Source of the DNA: Rhizodiscina lignyota
Taxonomy: Eukaryota
Assembly (NCBI GenBank): GCA_010015805.1
Contig: ML978137.1
Location: 496,001-560,000, forward strand
Reading direction: 5' to 3'
DNA length: 64,000 bases
In this document: positions 1 through 10,593 of the stretch, piece by piece
Numbering within the stretch: position 1 is the first letter of the stretch
Layout: every line of letters begins with the position of its first letter
Translations under genes and position numbers: made by a program
The notes under the pieces: model-generated
The model's database searches: none
What the model was told of the DNA's origin: nothing
What the model saw: the letters and a program-made list of their open reading frames with translations, nothing else

Positions 1-190
1 TCTACACCGCCTCACTGTTTCCCTGGAATGGGTCTCTGTATCGAGCTAGGCTATGAAAGCCATCTATTCATCGAGTACTCGCACTTAGTTGCAGAGACTG
101 TTTCCCAGACGTCTAAGATTTTGATGGTTCAATTTCATCAAGCCCGAAGAGCATTCTCCTGTTTCCGAACTGTTCTACAGTAACGCGATC

Positions 191-2246
191 ATGTTTGGCG
201 GAAGCCACCTCAATTGCAGCTCTACCAGTGAATAATTTAGACTTATGTCAACCCTTTCTGATTTCTAAATTCACAGACGCCTCTATCACCGATCCTTCCC
301 TGCTCAGGAAACACTCGACATATGAATCCTACTCAATCACATCCCCGGTCACCGGCCGATCGATAACGTATCCTTCAATTCGTACCTTCTATCATCCTCA
401 TCCACAAGCAGCCAAACTACCGACTTCACCGACACCTCTTCCTTTAATTGTCTTCATCCACGGTCTCGGCGGTTCGGTCGCACAATTTCATCCCCTTCTC
501 ACAAGCCTTGTAAACGTCGCACCATGTCTCGCTATCGACCTACCGGGCTGCGGCTGTTCGGCATTTGAACCGGCGGATTGGGAAGCATACAAGCTGGAAA
601 ATCTAGCAGCACTGGTGGCAACAGCAATTGATAGATACAGAGAAGACAGTCTCGGGCAAGAAGTCGTTCTGATTGGACATAGCATGGGATGCTCTTTGTC
701 GGTACTCCTAGCGTCTCCAAATAACCCGCTCAGCACAGTGCAGAACCTGTCAAAGCATGTTCTAGGCCTCGTCGCAATATGCCCTCGAGCTGACGCGCCA
801 TCACCGCGAGAGGTCAAAGCATTCAAGAAACTCCTTTCGATCCCTGGGCCGATATTCAACTTATGGCGTCAGTGGGATCGTCGTGGAGGGACTGAGAGCG
901 CAAGTGTGAAGCGATTTGTAGGGCCTAACGCTGAAGAGGGCGTGAAAAGGTTGCAAGTGAGATTCAACGAGCAGAGTAGGACGCCGGTGTGGCGAAGAAT
1001 GGCACGAGGAATGCTACCACAGTATTCAAAGTCTGGTCAGGCAAATGGAGGACTGCCAGGACGAGAAACCTGGAGCGCCTTGCAGGTACCAATCTTGTTA
1101 ATGGCCGGAGAATCGGACCACATAACGCCTGCGCTGGAGGTAGAAAAGATAGCAGGGTTTCTTGGAAAGGCATCAAGAACCGACCCGAGTGAGAGGATGG
1201 AGCACGGAGAGCCCATCGTTGATGCAGCAGCTCCAATCGACAGTAGTATCATCGATAGTAAGCTGCGACCGAAGAGTAACGTCACGAAACGTGCCGATAG
1301 CGGGGCTTCAGTCACGACGACAGGACAAGATCAATTGTTTGAGGAACGGCCTACGCTAAAGAGACGAAAGACGCACGCTGCAGCACTCAAGACGACGATT
1401 TTGCCATCTCCAGCTTCGCATGCCCTTCTCTATGCGCCCTCGACGGCTAGGATAATCGCCGGTCTGATTCAGACATTCTTATCCTCTCACATCGATCCGC
1501 GACTGAGTCTAGGCTGGCAGTTACAATATCTTACCACAGAAGGCAAATGGGATGTTAAGAATCTCGTCAAGTGGCAGAGTGTGCAGGCTGTCAGCGCACC
1601 GATCCCGGGACCCCAGTCTCCCTATTCGAAGAACAGGACCAACAATCGATGGAAGGATCCATTTGCGTCAGGCGAAACTGGAAGGACGAGGAATCAGCCA
1701 CCAGTATTCCGAGCGATGAAGACGCTAAGAGAGGTAGACGATGTACACTCTCCTGCTATTTTTGTGGAACATTGGCGAGGGAAGATTCAGGCGGTTGTCG
1801 ACATCTCGCACGAGTCGCCAGTATATGACCCGCAGGGACTTGAGAAGGGTGGTATCCAGTACCACAAGTTCCCGACTGTTTCAAAACTGCCGCCCACTGT
1901 TGATGAGGTGAAGGCGTTTATTGATCTGATAGATCGGCTTAGAGTACAGCTTGGTGTTGGCGGGCCACTGAGTCCAGAGACTGGCACGGCGGAGACGGAA
2001 TCAAACGACCACAACGCTGCAGAAGATCCGGAGGACGCTCCAGTTATTGGCGTGCACTGCCATTATGGGTTCAATCGTACTGGCTTTTTCCTCGTCTGCT
2101 ATCTGGTTGAGCGGTTGGGCTTCAAGTTGGAAGACGCAATCCACGAGTTCGAGAGACAGAGGCCGCCTGGAATCAGGCACGGCCACTTCATCGATCAGCT
2201 TTTTGTACGATACTGCGCTGGGTTGCAGAGAAGGCCGACACTGTGA
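191..2246 (+). CDS. Alpha/beta-hydrolase fused to a C-terminal cysteine-phosphatase (DSP / RNA-triphosphatase-like) domain
   Basis: The 683-aa ORF has FIHGLGG, a GHSMG nucleophile elbow (675-689) and an HCHYGFNRTG P-loop (2055-2084). Probable first exon is 191-227, followed by intron 228-276 (GTGAAT...CAG), which joins in frame. The start is uncertain. Confidence 0.85.
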
Positions 2247-2366
2247 AATGGAAGTTTTGATAGACAAATACATGATACCCTGGATTACTTATAATGACGA
2301 CTTCGTGCAGAGTATCCGAGTAATCATGGTACACACTCCATTCTCCGATGGCTAACCCCCTCTTCC

Positions 2367-3776
2367 TTAAGCTGCAGCAGTTGCATGCTGCCGCTCGCCC
2401 ATGGTTCTCTGGATGTCTCGCACAACATCGTACTGTGAGAACCATGCATCCATCTGGCCTGCGTTTTCTGCATCGCAAATATGTATCAGTTCAATTTGTT
2501 CATACAGCATCATGACACTCTCATACTTACGGCATAATTCAGACTCTGGCAAGAACTTTAACAATCGCTGCTTGGGACCATTTATCGGGTCTCCGAAGAA
2601 GTTCTCGTGCGATAGTATCTGGGTGGCAGAGGCCCTGTTAAGTCGTACGTCCTGGAACATTTTAAGCTTGCTTTCGATCACTTCCAGTTCACTACTTTGG
2701 ACATCTTTGAACAGCTCCCCTAAAGCCGCTGCATCTTCAATTGAGGCAGCTGCGCCCTGTCCTCTGTGCGGCAGCATTGGATGCGAGGCATCGCCAATCA
2801 ACACCATTCTGCCTCGATAGCATCTCGGAAGCGGCTCCCTCTCCGCGCAAATCCATAGCGGTAGTATCTCAGCCGCTTTGTCGCACAGTGCAAGCAGCGT
2901 GGGGTGGAAGCCATCCATCGCCTGCCGCAAAGCATTCCGATCGGCTTTCAACCGGAAGCCTGCTTTTTCTGTCGTATTATTCAAATCTCGGAGAACGTAC
3001 ATCCCGAAGTTCTGCAGCGTGTCGTCGCGGCATGGATACCGCACGATGTAGCGTTTCCTATCGGCAGCGGCGTACGTGCTCCAGAATCCTGGGCCACTTT
3101 CGAGTAGTGGTTCCGTTAAGGGATCTTTGAGGATCGTTTCTGTCGGTATGAGAAAACGGATGACAGTGCTTCGTGACACGGTGGCAGGGGCGTTGTATCC
3201 CAGGATATGAGTTGCAGCCTGTGAATGCACACCATCGGCCGCGATAATCAGATCTGCTCTTTCTTCTGAGCCATCTGCCAGCTTCACAGTACCATTTTTG
3301 GCATCATAAGAGACTACAGGGCATGACAACTGAATCGTTGCAGGTGAGCCAGGTCCATCTTCCGTCGTAGCCAGCTCTTTCAGCGCTGAGTGAAGATCCA
3401 CACGATGCGCATTAACGCGAGGCGTGCCAAATTTAGCCTCATAGTCCGTGAAGACTTTGACTCTCAGATCCTGCAGCGTCTGTGCGGAAAAAGCGCCGAT
3501 ACCGCGAAACTTGGTGAAGTGCGCCTTTGCATGGTCGAGGCCCCAGGAGTCTAAGATCCGAACTGCATTTGGGAATAGCGTAACGGCCGCACCGACTTCG
3601 TCGAGGAAAGAGGAGCGTTCGATTATCTGAGCGAGAAGTCTAAGGTTGAGATAAATATATCCGCACGGAAGAGGCTTAAATACCTTAATTGAATGTCCTG
3701 CGCCTCGAAGGGCAATTGCAGCCGAGAGACCTCCAATGCCGCCCCCAACTATGATGACCGTCAGAGGAGACTGCAT
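2367..3776 (-). CDS. FAD-dependent monooxygenase (salicylate hydroxylase-like)
   Basis: Motifs GGGIGG (Rossmann), IAADGVHS (DG) and LIGDASHPMLPHRGQGA (GD). Two stop-free 3n introns lie at 3627-3683 and 2468-2530. Confidence 0.9.
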   Translation of the reverse strand: MQSPLTVIIVGGGIGGLSAAIALRGAGHSIKVFKPLPCGYIYLNLRLLAQIIERSSFLDEVGAAVTLFPNAVRILDSWGLDHAKAHFTKFRGIGAFSAQTLQDLRVKVFTDYEAKFGTPRVNAHRVDLHSALKELATTEDGPGSPATIQLSCPVVSYDAKNGTVKLADGSEERADLIIAADGVHSQAATHILGYNAPATVSRSTVIRFLIPTETILKDPLTEPLLESGPGFWSTYAAADRKRYIVRYPCRDDTLQNFGMYVLRDLNNTTEKAGFRLKADRNALRQAMDGFHPTLLALCDKAAEILPLWICAEREPLPRCYRGRMVLIGDASHPMLPHRGQGAAASIEDAAALGELFKDVQSSELEVIESKLKMFQDVRLNRASATQILSHENFFGDPINGPKQRLLKFLPESELCRKYESVMMLYEQIELIHICDAENAGQMDAWFSQYDVVRDIQRTMGERQHATAAA

Positions 3777-5398
3777 CTTTCTTGCTTAGAAGACCTATGG
3801 TACTGTGAGAGTGTCAGAAGAAGATAATTTGATTAAGCGCGCGAAAATCGGTTTGGTCTTGTAGTCGCAAGTATCACAAACACTCGGGTCATCGGCCCTT
3901 CCACAAAGGGTCTGCGTACTCCATATTTGCTTACGCCTGTCGTTATTTGCAAATATCTGCGAATTTCTGGCTTACTTGGCGTCCATTTTGCGTTAATACC
4001 ACTTACGGGGCCAATCAAAAGCCCGATAGCAAAAAGATTATGTCGTCTTTCTTGACATCTTTGCAAGACTCAACTTTCTTCCTCATTCCGAATTAGCATC
4101 TCACGCATCTCACATCGGTAGAAAGATAGTCGCCACCAAGGTACGGTCAATTGGCGGACGATCTTGTTACACTTCTGAATAATTTCGGGCCAACTTAAGA
4201 AATATTGCGATTTGGAAATGCGTCCAACGATTGACATGAGATTCGCGAAGGAGATTAGGCGAAAGGGGGAAAATAGCTCGTCAGCTCGGCTGCCATTTCT
4301 GTATATTTCCGCGTTTGCATCCGCCCAACTTGACGCTTAAAGAATGTCGTCGTTGAAATGCGATGAGTAAGCGCATTATATCCGGTATGTGGCTCTGATT
4401 TTGAGTGGCTCTTCGACCAATGGCAGCGGCAGTCGCAAATACGGCCGGAATCAAAAACTCTTTGCGGATATTAGAGACAAGTCCAAAACCGTATGCTGCA
4501 AAGATACGTTGCATTGATGGTGTTCTTGCATAGAGCCTGCAATCGATCGTGATGTCCCACGTATCTGCATTTTCAGACCAGGTAGTGTCGTCTATTCGCA
4601 CGAGCCCCAAGTGGATAGAGATGTTGCCCGTATCTCAATTTGGTGCAAAAACATGTCAGGCATGATACCAGCGCTGCAAATCTATCCAGGCTGTTCACAG
4701 CAGGGAGCACAGCTCGATACCGTCGTGATTTGCTGGTGTGCAATCCGTTTTGCACAGCTGCCAGAGTTGTTCTTCTCGGTATTTTCTGATTAGCGGCCGG
4801 GAAGTACGTTAAGGGCCTGCGTCCAGAGACATTCTTGACGATTCTGTTGCTGCTCTTTTAGGATGTGAAAAAGATCCTTGACAAAATCTCTATATCAAAC
4901 AGTCAAGGACATAGCATAGACAAGAAGAAAACGGACAATGCTATCCCAAGGGCCAGGTATCATTCAGCCGATTTTAGAATCGCAATACGGAAGAGACACA
5001 GAAAGACAAAGAGCTGGTAATAGAAGGCGAGGGTGAATGTCAAGGGAATCTTGTCAACTGAGGGTCACTGAATTGGTCTTTGCAAAGCCAGGCAAAATGA
5101 GCTGTAAACGGAGTGCTACACCCTCTCTGATTGGTATAGTGATAGGCATCTCCGATAACCCGAGAATAGAGTCAGGACCAAACAAAGTACGATGGCTTGC
5201 ACTCTGAGCGATGTTGAAAAAAGGAATACATATCAGGATGTACGGAGTAATAAATGTCGTTCTGTCACCATTATTGGTATGGTGCCCCGGAATCGGGGTC
5301 CACCTCAGACAGCTGGAGCATTTGACCGCGCAAGCCACGACGCTTCAAGCTCCCAACTATCCTCTGCTGTACGATCATACCCGGGGACGTTTCTCATA

Positions 5399-6586
5399 AT
5401 GGGTCTCTTATCTGGACATTTGAACGTATTCCGCATTTTAGGCGACCTCTCCCATGTCTCGTCGAAGGTCATACTGATATGGGCTATCCACGCCAACCGG
5501 AGCGCCGAAGGTATGCTGCCTACCACTATATGATGGGACCATCTAACTTCATAGGCGTCTCCTTAATAACGCAGATATTCTACATCGCCGTCTTCCTCTC
5601 CCGATATATGGATCTCTTCTGGACGCCGGTCTTCGTCTCGAAATCCTCCCCGTATGCTGACCAGCGCTTCCTCCTCATCTACAACTTCTTCGGCAAGGTC
5701 TTCTACGTTACGACTTCAGTATATGTGGTCTTTGTAATGATGCGGGTATATGCGCGGACGAGGGAAAGAGAAAAGGCGTGGAGACTGGGATTATATTGTC
5801 TGCTTGTGTCGGCGGTATTGGCAACCCCGGTAGCCGCCATGTTCCAGAGCTTTCCCAAGGAGAATCCGTACGGGTTCAGGTTCTCACAGGTGCGTTAATT
5901 GGGTTAGATTTACAGAATTGGGGTTGCTGACTATACGTTGCGCGGTACAGATCGTTTGGACTTTCTCAATCATTCTTGAGTCCGTCTGCGTTATCCCTCA
6001 ACTCTTACTCCTCCGCCAGACTACCGTTCCAACGGTTATAGACTCCTACTATTTGCTCGCGCTTGGCTCATACCGCGGCTTCTACATCCTCAATTGGATT
6101 GTCCGGCTTGCGGGCAAGACGCACCATTTCGACCCTATCAGCGTAATTTTCGGAATCATCCAGACTGCATTATACGTCGACTTTGCATACGTCTATTACA
6201 CGCGCCAGCGCGTGAAGCTGCGGAATGGCGGCGTCGTGGATAGCGACGATCTCCGACAAGGTCTTCTCGTGCGCCGGTTCCTTGGGAAGGGCGGTCGTCA
6301 AAGTTTCGACGAAGAGGATGGTGCCGAGGCAGCTGATGAAGGCCAGGCGGAAAGTGGAAGATCGTGGGGACCGAGAGGGATATCAGTGTCAGCGGACGAC
6401 GGTGTACATGAAAATGGAAATGGAAACGGTAAGAAGAGGGAAGAGGAGCAAGGACTCACGGATCCGCAGGCATTCGAGGACGATGATTTCGACGATGACC
6501 CAGACTTGGGCCCGGAAGAGGCGGGTAATGGACATGTTCAAGGTGTTGGCAACGGATCGGAATGGAGAGACAATAATCGCAAGTGA
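5399..6586 (+). CDS. ERD2: ER lumen protein-retaining (KDEL/HDEL) receptor family protein with a long acidic tail
   Basis: Spliced product has NVFRILGDLSH...SAEG|VSLITQ...SRYMDL...WTFSIILESVCVIPQL...YRGFYILNW. Introns are 5511-5554 and 5890-5950. Probably the ERD2-related paralogue rather than canonical ERD2. Confidence 0.85.
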
Positions 6587-8001
6587 TTTTTGGAGCTACT
6601 AAAGGCGCATTGGAATAGGAATCGACTGGCTGCGGCATTACTTGGCGTTATTGAACTTGGATACCCAATTGATTTCCAAGACATTAAAATATTTCCGTTC
6701 GTCCCTTTTATGGCTTTGCTTTGGTGAAGACACATCCTCTAAGTCGCAGACTCCAGACATCCCCTTAATCTAATGGTAGCGGAACTCGCGTTAGCTACCG
6801 TGTAGGGGCTCTTTGATTCGATCGCGCGAACTTAGAAAATTCACAGATTTGACCGTTTGACATTTTGTAGCCTGCAGGGCGTTTGGTGGAGGCACGAATC
6901 ACTAAGTCGCTCAACAAGAAACTATCGAAATTTCCGGCTGCCCAAGTACTCTTTGGATAGTTCGTGGAGTCTACATGATATATCTGTGCTGGACTTGGAA
7001 ATTTCTGCCGTTCACTCAGCCTTCGACAATTGCTAGAGCGCCGGAGTGAAATAGGGGTTGCTATCTCCCGATGAGAAAAGCAGTCCCTGCTCCCGCCGGT
7101 CGAGCACACATTTAATTGTACGCGGCCTCCCCTTGATACACACGTGCTCGACTTAGAACCTTGCACAATGCCACTATCAGGTATTCTTTCCCCAGTTGCT
7201 CTTGCACTAGAGAATCGATAGAGGTCCTACAGTCAGTTTTAGGCAGAGCAGTTGCGGTACGTTAAGCATCTATGGAGCTTTGTTTGAGTGATGGAAGCAT
7301 CTTCTTTGGCAGCTACGCAATTGGAGCGTCTCTTTCAAATTGTACAGTACCATCTTCTATGCTTGTGGCAGCAGTAGCAGAGAATTCCTTCGTTGCATCT
7401 GCATATGTGGTCTTTCGTCGAGGTGATATTGTGATTACGTCCATGCTAATTAAGTAGAAATACCTTTCATAGATTTGCGATTGGTGTCGGAGATTTCGTT
7501 GGAACGGGCTCTTCTATTAGAACGCCTGCAAATTTGTGAAGCTGTCATCAGTGCTAATTGAATTGAACAACCGAGCTGTAGCTGTCAACGTGTTGATTTG
7601 TTAGAGTGGGTTTATCTAGAGCTAATACTGTAATACAATCGATATCGAGAGATTAAATGGCAGGGAAGCTAATAGAGCTCCTCTTTGCCCGTGTAAGGAC
7701 TGAACAATGGTTATGGAGTGGCTCAATCGGTGTGTTGCGTCTCATCCGCAATCCAACAGCATTTCGACGGCCACCTTCAACCGTGAGCATATACCATAGC
7801 AAAGAAACCTCGTATAGCCTCTCGCTATTAGTAAATCACCACTGGAATGAACCTTTTACGACTTAAAGGGTCGACAACATAAAATGGAAGAGGAAACGTA
7901 GGAGTTAGAGTTTGTTTTTCGTCTGATATTCGAGCTTAAATTTTGTTACTGAAGTACACTATATATTCAAAATACGGTTTCAGAGACTCTGATTTTTGCC
8001 C

Positions 8002-8167
8002 GGTGAGGTGGCCGAGTGGTTATGGCGCTAGTTTCAGGAAAACCTGGAATGGTTCCCTTGAAAAGGAAATTTACTAGTGGGTAAAACCGCGTGGGTTCGA
8101 GTAAGCTATTCCGTCCTCACTGATATCTAACAACCTTCTAACGGCACTTCAGGTCCCACCCTCATCA
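8002..8167 (+). tRNA. tRNA-Leu(CAG) with a canonical 37/38 intron (8039-8071) and a second GT-AG insertion in the T-loop (8101-8152)
   Basis: Acceptor GGTGAGG (8002-8008) pairs with CCTCATC (8160-8166), discriminator A8167. D-arm is GCC..GGC with an A-box. Anticodon stem is CTAGT/ACTAG with CAG at 8035-8037. A long variable arm spans 8078-8090. The T-arm GTGGG-TTCGA|GT-CCCAC forms only after removing 8101-8152. Mature length is 81 nt before CCA. Confidence 0.93.
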
Positions 8168-8172
8168 ATATC

Positions 8173-8178
8173 TTTTTT
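8173..8178 (+). terminator. Pol III terminator (T6) of the tRNA-Leu gene
   Basis: TTTTTT starts 6 nt after the discriminator base, and a second T-run follows at about 8189-8195. Confidence 0.75.
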
Positions 8179-8510
8179 ATTTGGCCAATTTTTTTAGGCC
8201 TCTTTCTTATTTGTCGTAATTACCCTGCGTTGAAGGCTTCATTTGTAGGTGGTTCTGCGGTGGCAGAACGGACGAGACAAAGCTACCGCCTTCCGGGTGC
8301 GGGGATTTTCATGTGAGGGAACCTCAGCCTCATCCTTCATCATCATTAGCGTATTTTCTTTTCTTTGGATGGCATTTAGCCGTAACTCTTCTTGTCGATC
8401 CTTGCAAATGTCTTGATTTCCTTACGTCCTATCTTGTCCTTCGTTTTTCCTGCGTTTGCGCCGATGTAGGCGTTCAACGGGATACTCTAGACGAAGACGA
8501 TCTCACGAGC

Positions 8511-10502
8511 ATGCCGCGCATACGACTGCCGGACGACCAACCTCCATTTTGGGCTGACAGAACGCCGTCCCGACGAAATGTGATGACTGCATTGATTCTC
8601 GTTTTACTTTGGGCGTTTGGATTTCTATGCGGTTCCTCTCGCCTTCAGTCCTGTCCTTACATCTCCTGCCGCGTATACACTTGCTCCGAACTCTCCAACA
8701 TCTGCAATTCGAGCTCAACAGATCTCGATGCGCGAATTGGACTTGCTGGCCAAATACCAGACCGGGGCGGAGTTTCTCAGGATGTTTTTGAACATCATGA
8801 CGAGGAGACTCCGTCGGACTTGCCCTTCACGGCGCTCGAAGACCTTCACTATGCCCTCGAGACTATGCAGACGCGGTACTTCGAGCTATGGCTTGGTACT
8901 TGGCCCGAATCGATCGATTGGACGGGTGCCGTGATGGGCACATACATATCGGCCGCATTGAACAGCCTTACACGAAGCTTGGGGTATTCTCTCCCAGCGA
9001 CGTCGCCCCAATCCTTCGAAGACCTTCACATAAAAGCAGTAGCGGAGAAGTGGAGGATCGAGAACGAGATAAACAGATATTTCACACATGGGATTGGATA
9101 CTATTTTGGGGAGAACGCGTTTGCGATTCGAATGCAGGCATTTGATGATATGCTATGGGTTGTACTTGGGTGGCTTGAGGCGATCAAATTTGTACAAGTA
9201 CATGCGCAGACGCATTACGACTGGGAGAATTTGGGCCAAGAGACAGAGGAAAGAGGATCAGACAGGTGGTACGGAGAACAATTTCTGCCCGCATTTGCGC
9301 ACAGAGCAAGGATATTTTACGATTTGGCGAAACACGGATGGGACACGCAATTGTGCGGCGGTGGCATGTTGTGGAATCCACATATGTTGCCGTACAAGAA
9401 TGCCATCACTAACGAGCTATATATTGCGGCATCTGCTGGGATGTATCTCTACTTTCCAGGAGACAACATCAGCTCTCCCTTCTCGGAACCACAGAAGCCC
9501 CCTCCAGGTGCTTTCGATCAAGTCGCAGTCAATCTAACCTTAGAAGAAGAAGAGGAACTATTAGTGAAGATCCTCCCATATGATCGTACATTCCTTCGCG
9601 CCGCAGTAGAAGCTTATGACTGGCTCAAGCGCAGCAACATGACCAACGATCAAGGACTCTATGTCGATGGGTTTCACATCAAAAATTACGGCGTCAACGA
9701 CACCATTGGTACCGGCGAATGCGACGAGCGCTCTGAAGAAGTCTACACCTACAACCAAGGCGTTTTGCTCTCCGGTCTCCGTGCTCTGTGGGAAGCTACA
9801 GGTAACATTTCCTACCTCACCGACGGCCATCAACTTGTCCGCAACGTCATAGCCGCCACAGGCTGGCGCCTTTACCACGAGCCACACCTTCCACCGGGTT
9901 GGGAAGGGCGGTGGAAATGGTACGGTCTCGGGCGCGCTGGTGTCCTCGAGGATTCTTGCGACGCCAGTGGCAGCTGCACCCAGGACAGCCAGACGTTCAA
10001 GGGCATCTTCTTTCACCATCTCACGCTCTTTTGCGAACCGCTGCCAGATCGCGCCAAGATGCCGGGGAAGACGTATGGTGGTAGCAAAGAGACGCGCATG
10101 CTGCATCGCCAGAGTTGTGCTGAGTATGCACCGTGGGTCGTGCGGAATGCGCGGGCGGCGATGCGCACGAGAGACGAGAGAGGAAGATTCGGTATGTGGT
10201 GGGCTGCCGATGTCGGTGCGGACGAGGGCTGGAATTGGCGAGATGTCGAGCCACTGAGTGAGCGGGTGCCGAAGGGTGTCGTGGGGGAGAGCGAGGACAC
10301 TCGACACTCGATGACACACGGCACGGGAACGACGTGGGATGGCTTCCCGCACCGAAGAGCTGATCCTTCGTTGCCAGCCGAGAATGAGAGTTCGGATCCG
10401 AATGACCGGGGACGGGGTCGAACAGTGGAAACGCAAGGGGGCGGTGTAGCCGTTCTACGAGCAATGTGGGAGCTCGTGATCATGTATCAGAAAGACTCTT
10501 GA
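8511..10502 (+). CDS. Glycoside hydrolase family 76 protein (alpha-1,6-mannanase / Dfg5-Dcw1-like), N-terminally anchored
   Basis: Motifs AFDDMLW (catalytic DD), CGGGMLW, YKNAITNELY, YTYNQG and QTFKGIF. A hydrophobic segment lies near the N-terminus. First in-frame ATG is at 8511. Confidence 0.88.
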   Translation: MPRIRLPDDQPPFWADRTPSRRNVMTALILVLLWAFGFLCGSSRLQSCPYISCRVYTCSELSNICNSSSTDLDARIGLAGQIPDRGGVSQDVFEHHDEETPSDLPFTALEDLHYALETMQTRYFELWLGTWPESIDWTGAVMGTYISAALNSLTRSLGYSLPATSPQSFEDLHIKAVAEKWRIENEINRYFTHGIGYYFGENAFAIRMQAFDDMLWVVLGWLEAIKFVQVHAQTHYDWENLGQETEERGSDRWYGEQFLPAFAHRARIFYDLAKHGWDTQLCGGGMLWNPHMLPYKNAITNELYIAASAGMYLYFPGDNISSPFSEPQKPPPGAFDQVAVNLTLEEEEELLVKILPYDRTFLRAAVEAYDWLKRSNMTNDQGLYVDGFHIKNYGVNDTIGTGECDERSEEVYTYNQGVLLSGLRALWEATGNISYLTDGHQLVRNVIAATGWRLYHEPHLPPGWEGRWKWYGLGRAGVLEDSCDASGSCTQDSQTFKGIFFHHLTLFCEPLPDRAKMPGKTYGGSKETRMLHRQSCAEYAPWVVRNARAAMRTRDERGRFGMWWAADVGADEGWNWRDVEPLSERVPKGVVGESEDTRHSMTHGTGTTWDGFPHRRADPSLPAENESSDPNDRGRGRTVETQGGGVAVLRAMWELVIMYQKDS

Positions 10503-10593
10503 AGGCGTCGTGGATAGGGCTACGGATGCTCTTACCCGCCTTGAGCGGCTGATTCAGAATCCCTCTTGATTTAACTTCGAGGTCCTGGAACAA

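Noticed and set aside
2468..3683. Several stop-free 3n introns (2468-2530, 3627-3683, also 16342-16392 and 53612-53668)
   Set aside because: Short introns are often 3n and stop-free by chance. They have normal splice signals and interrupt conserved domains.
4281..5338. Short ORFs between the monooxygenase and ERD2-like genes; similar short ORFs at 6795-7866 and 14235-14549
   Set aside because: No recognisable motifs or consistent exon chains, so treated as intergenic.
8035..8037. CUG-Ser (CTG-clade) reassignment tRNA
   Set aside because: It has U33 and discriminator A73 rather than G33/G73, and the gene structures are Pezizomycotina-like. Standard Leu identity is the simpler reading.
8031..8038. 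Reading the anticodon as TCA (Sec or opal suppressor) from GTTTCAGG
   Set aside because: The CTAGT/ACTAG stem places T32-T33 at 8033-8034 and the anticodon at CAG (8035-8037). The Leu-type D-arm, variable arm and discriminator A agree with Leu.
9561..10483. Long antisense ORFs over GH76, and similar ones over uS15m, GH72 and the CorA-like gene
   Set aside because: These are shadow ORFs expected from GC-rich codon usage on the opposite strand.
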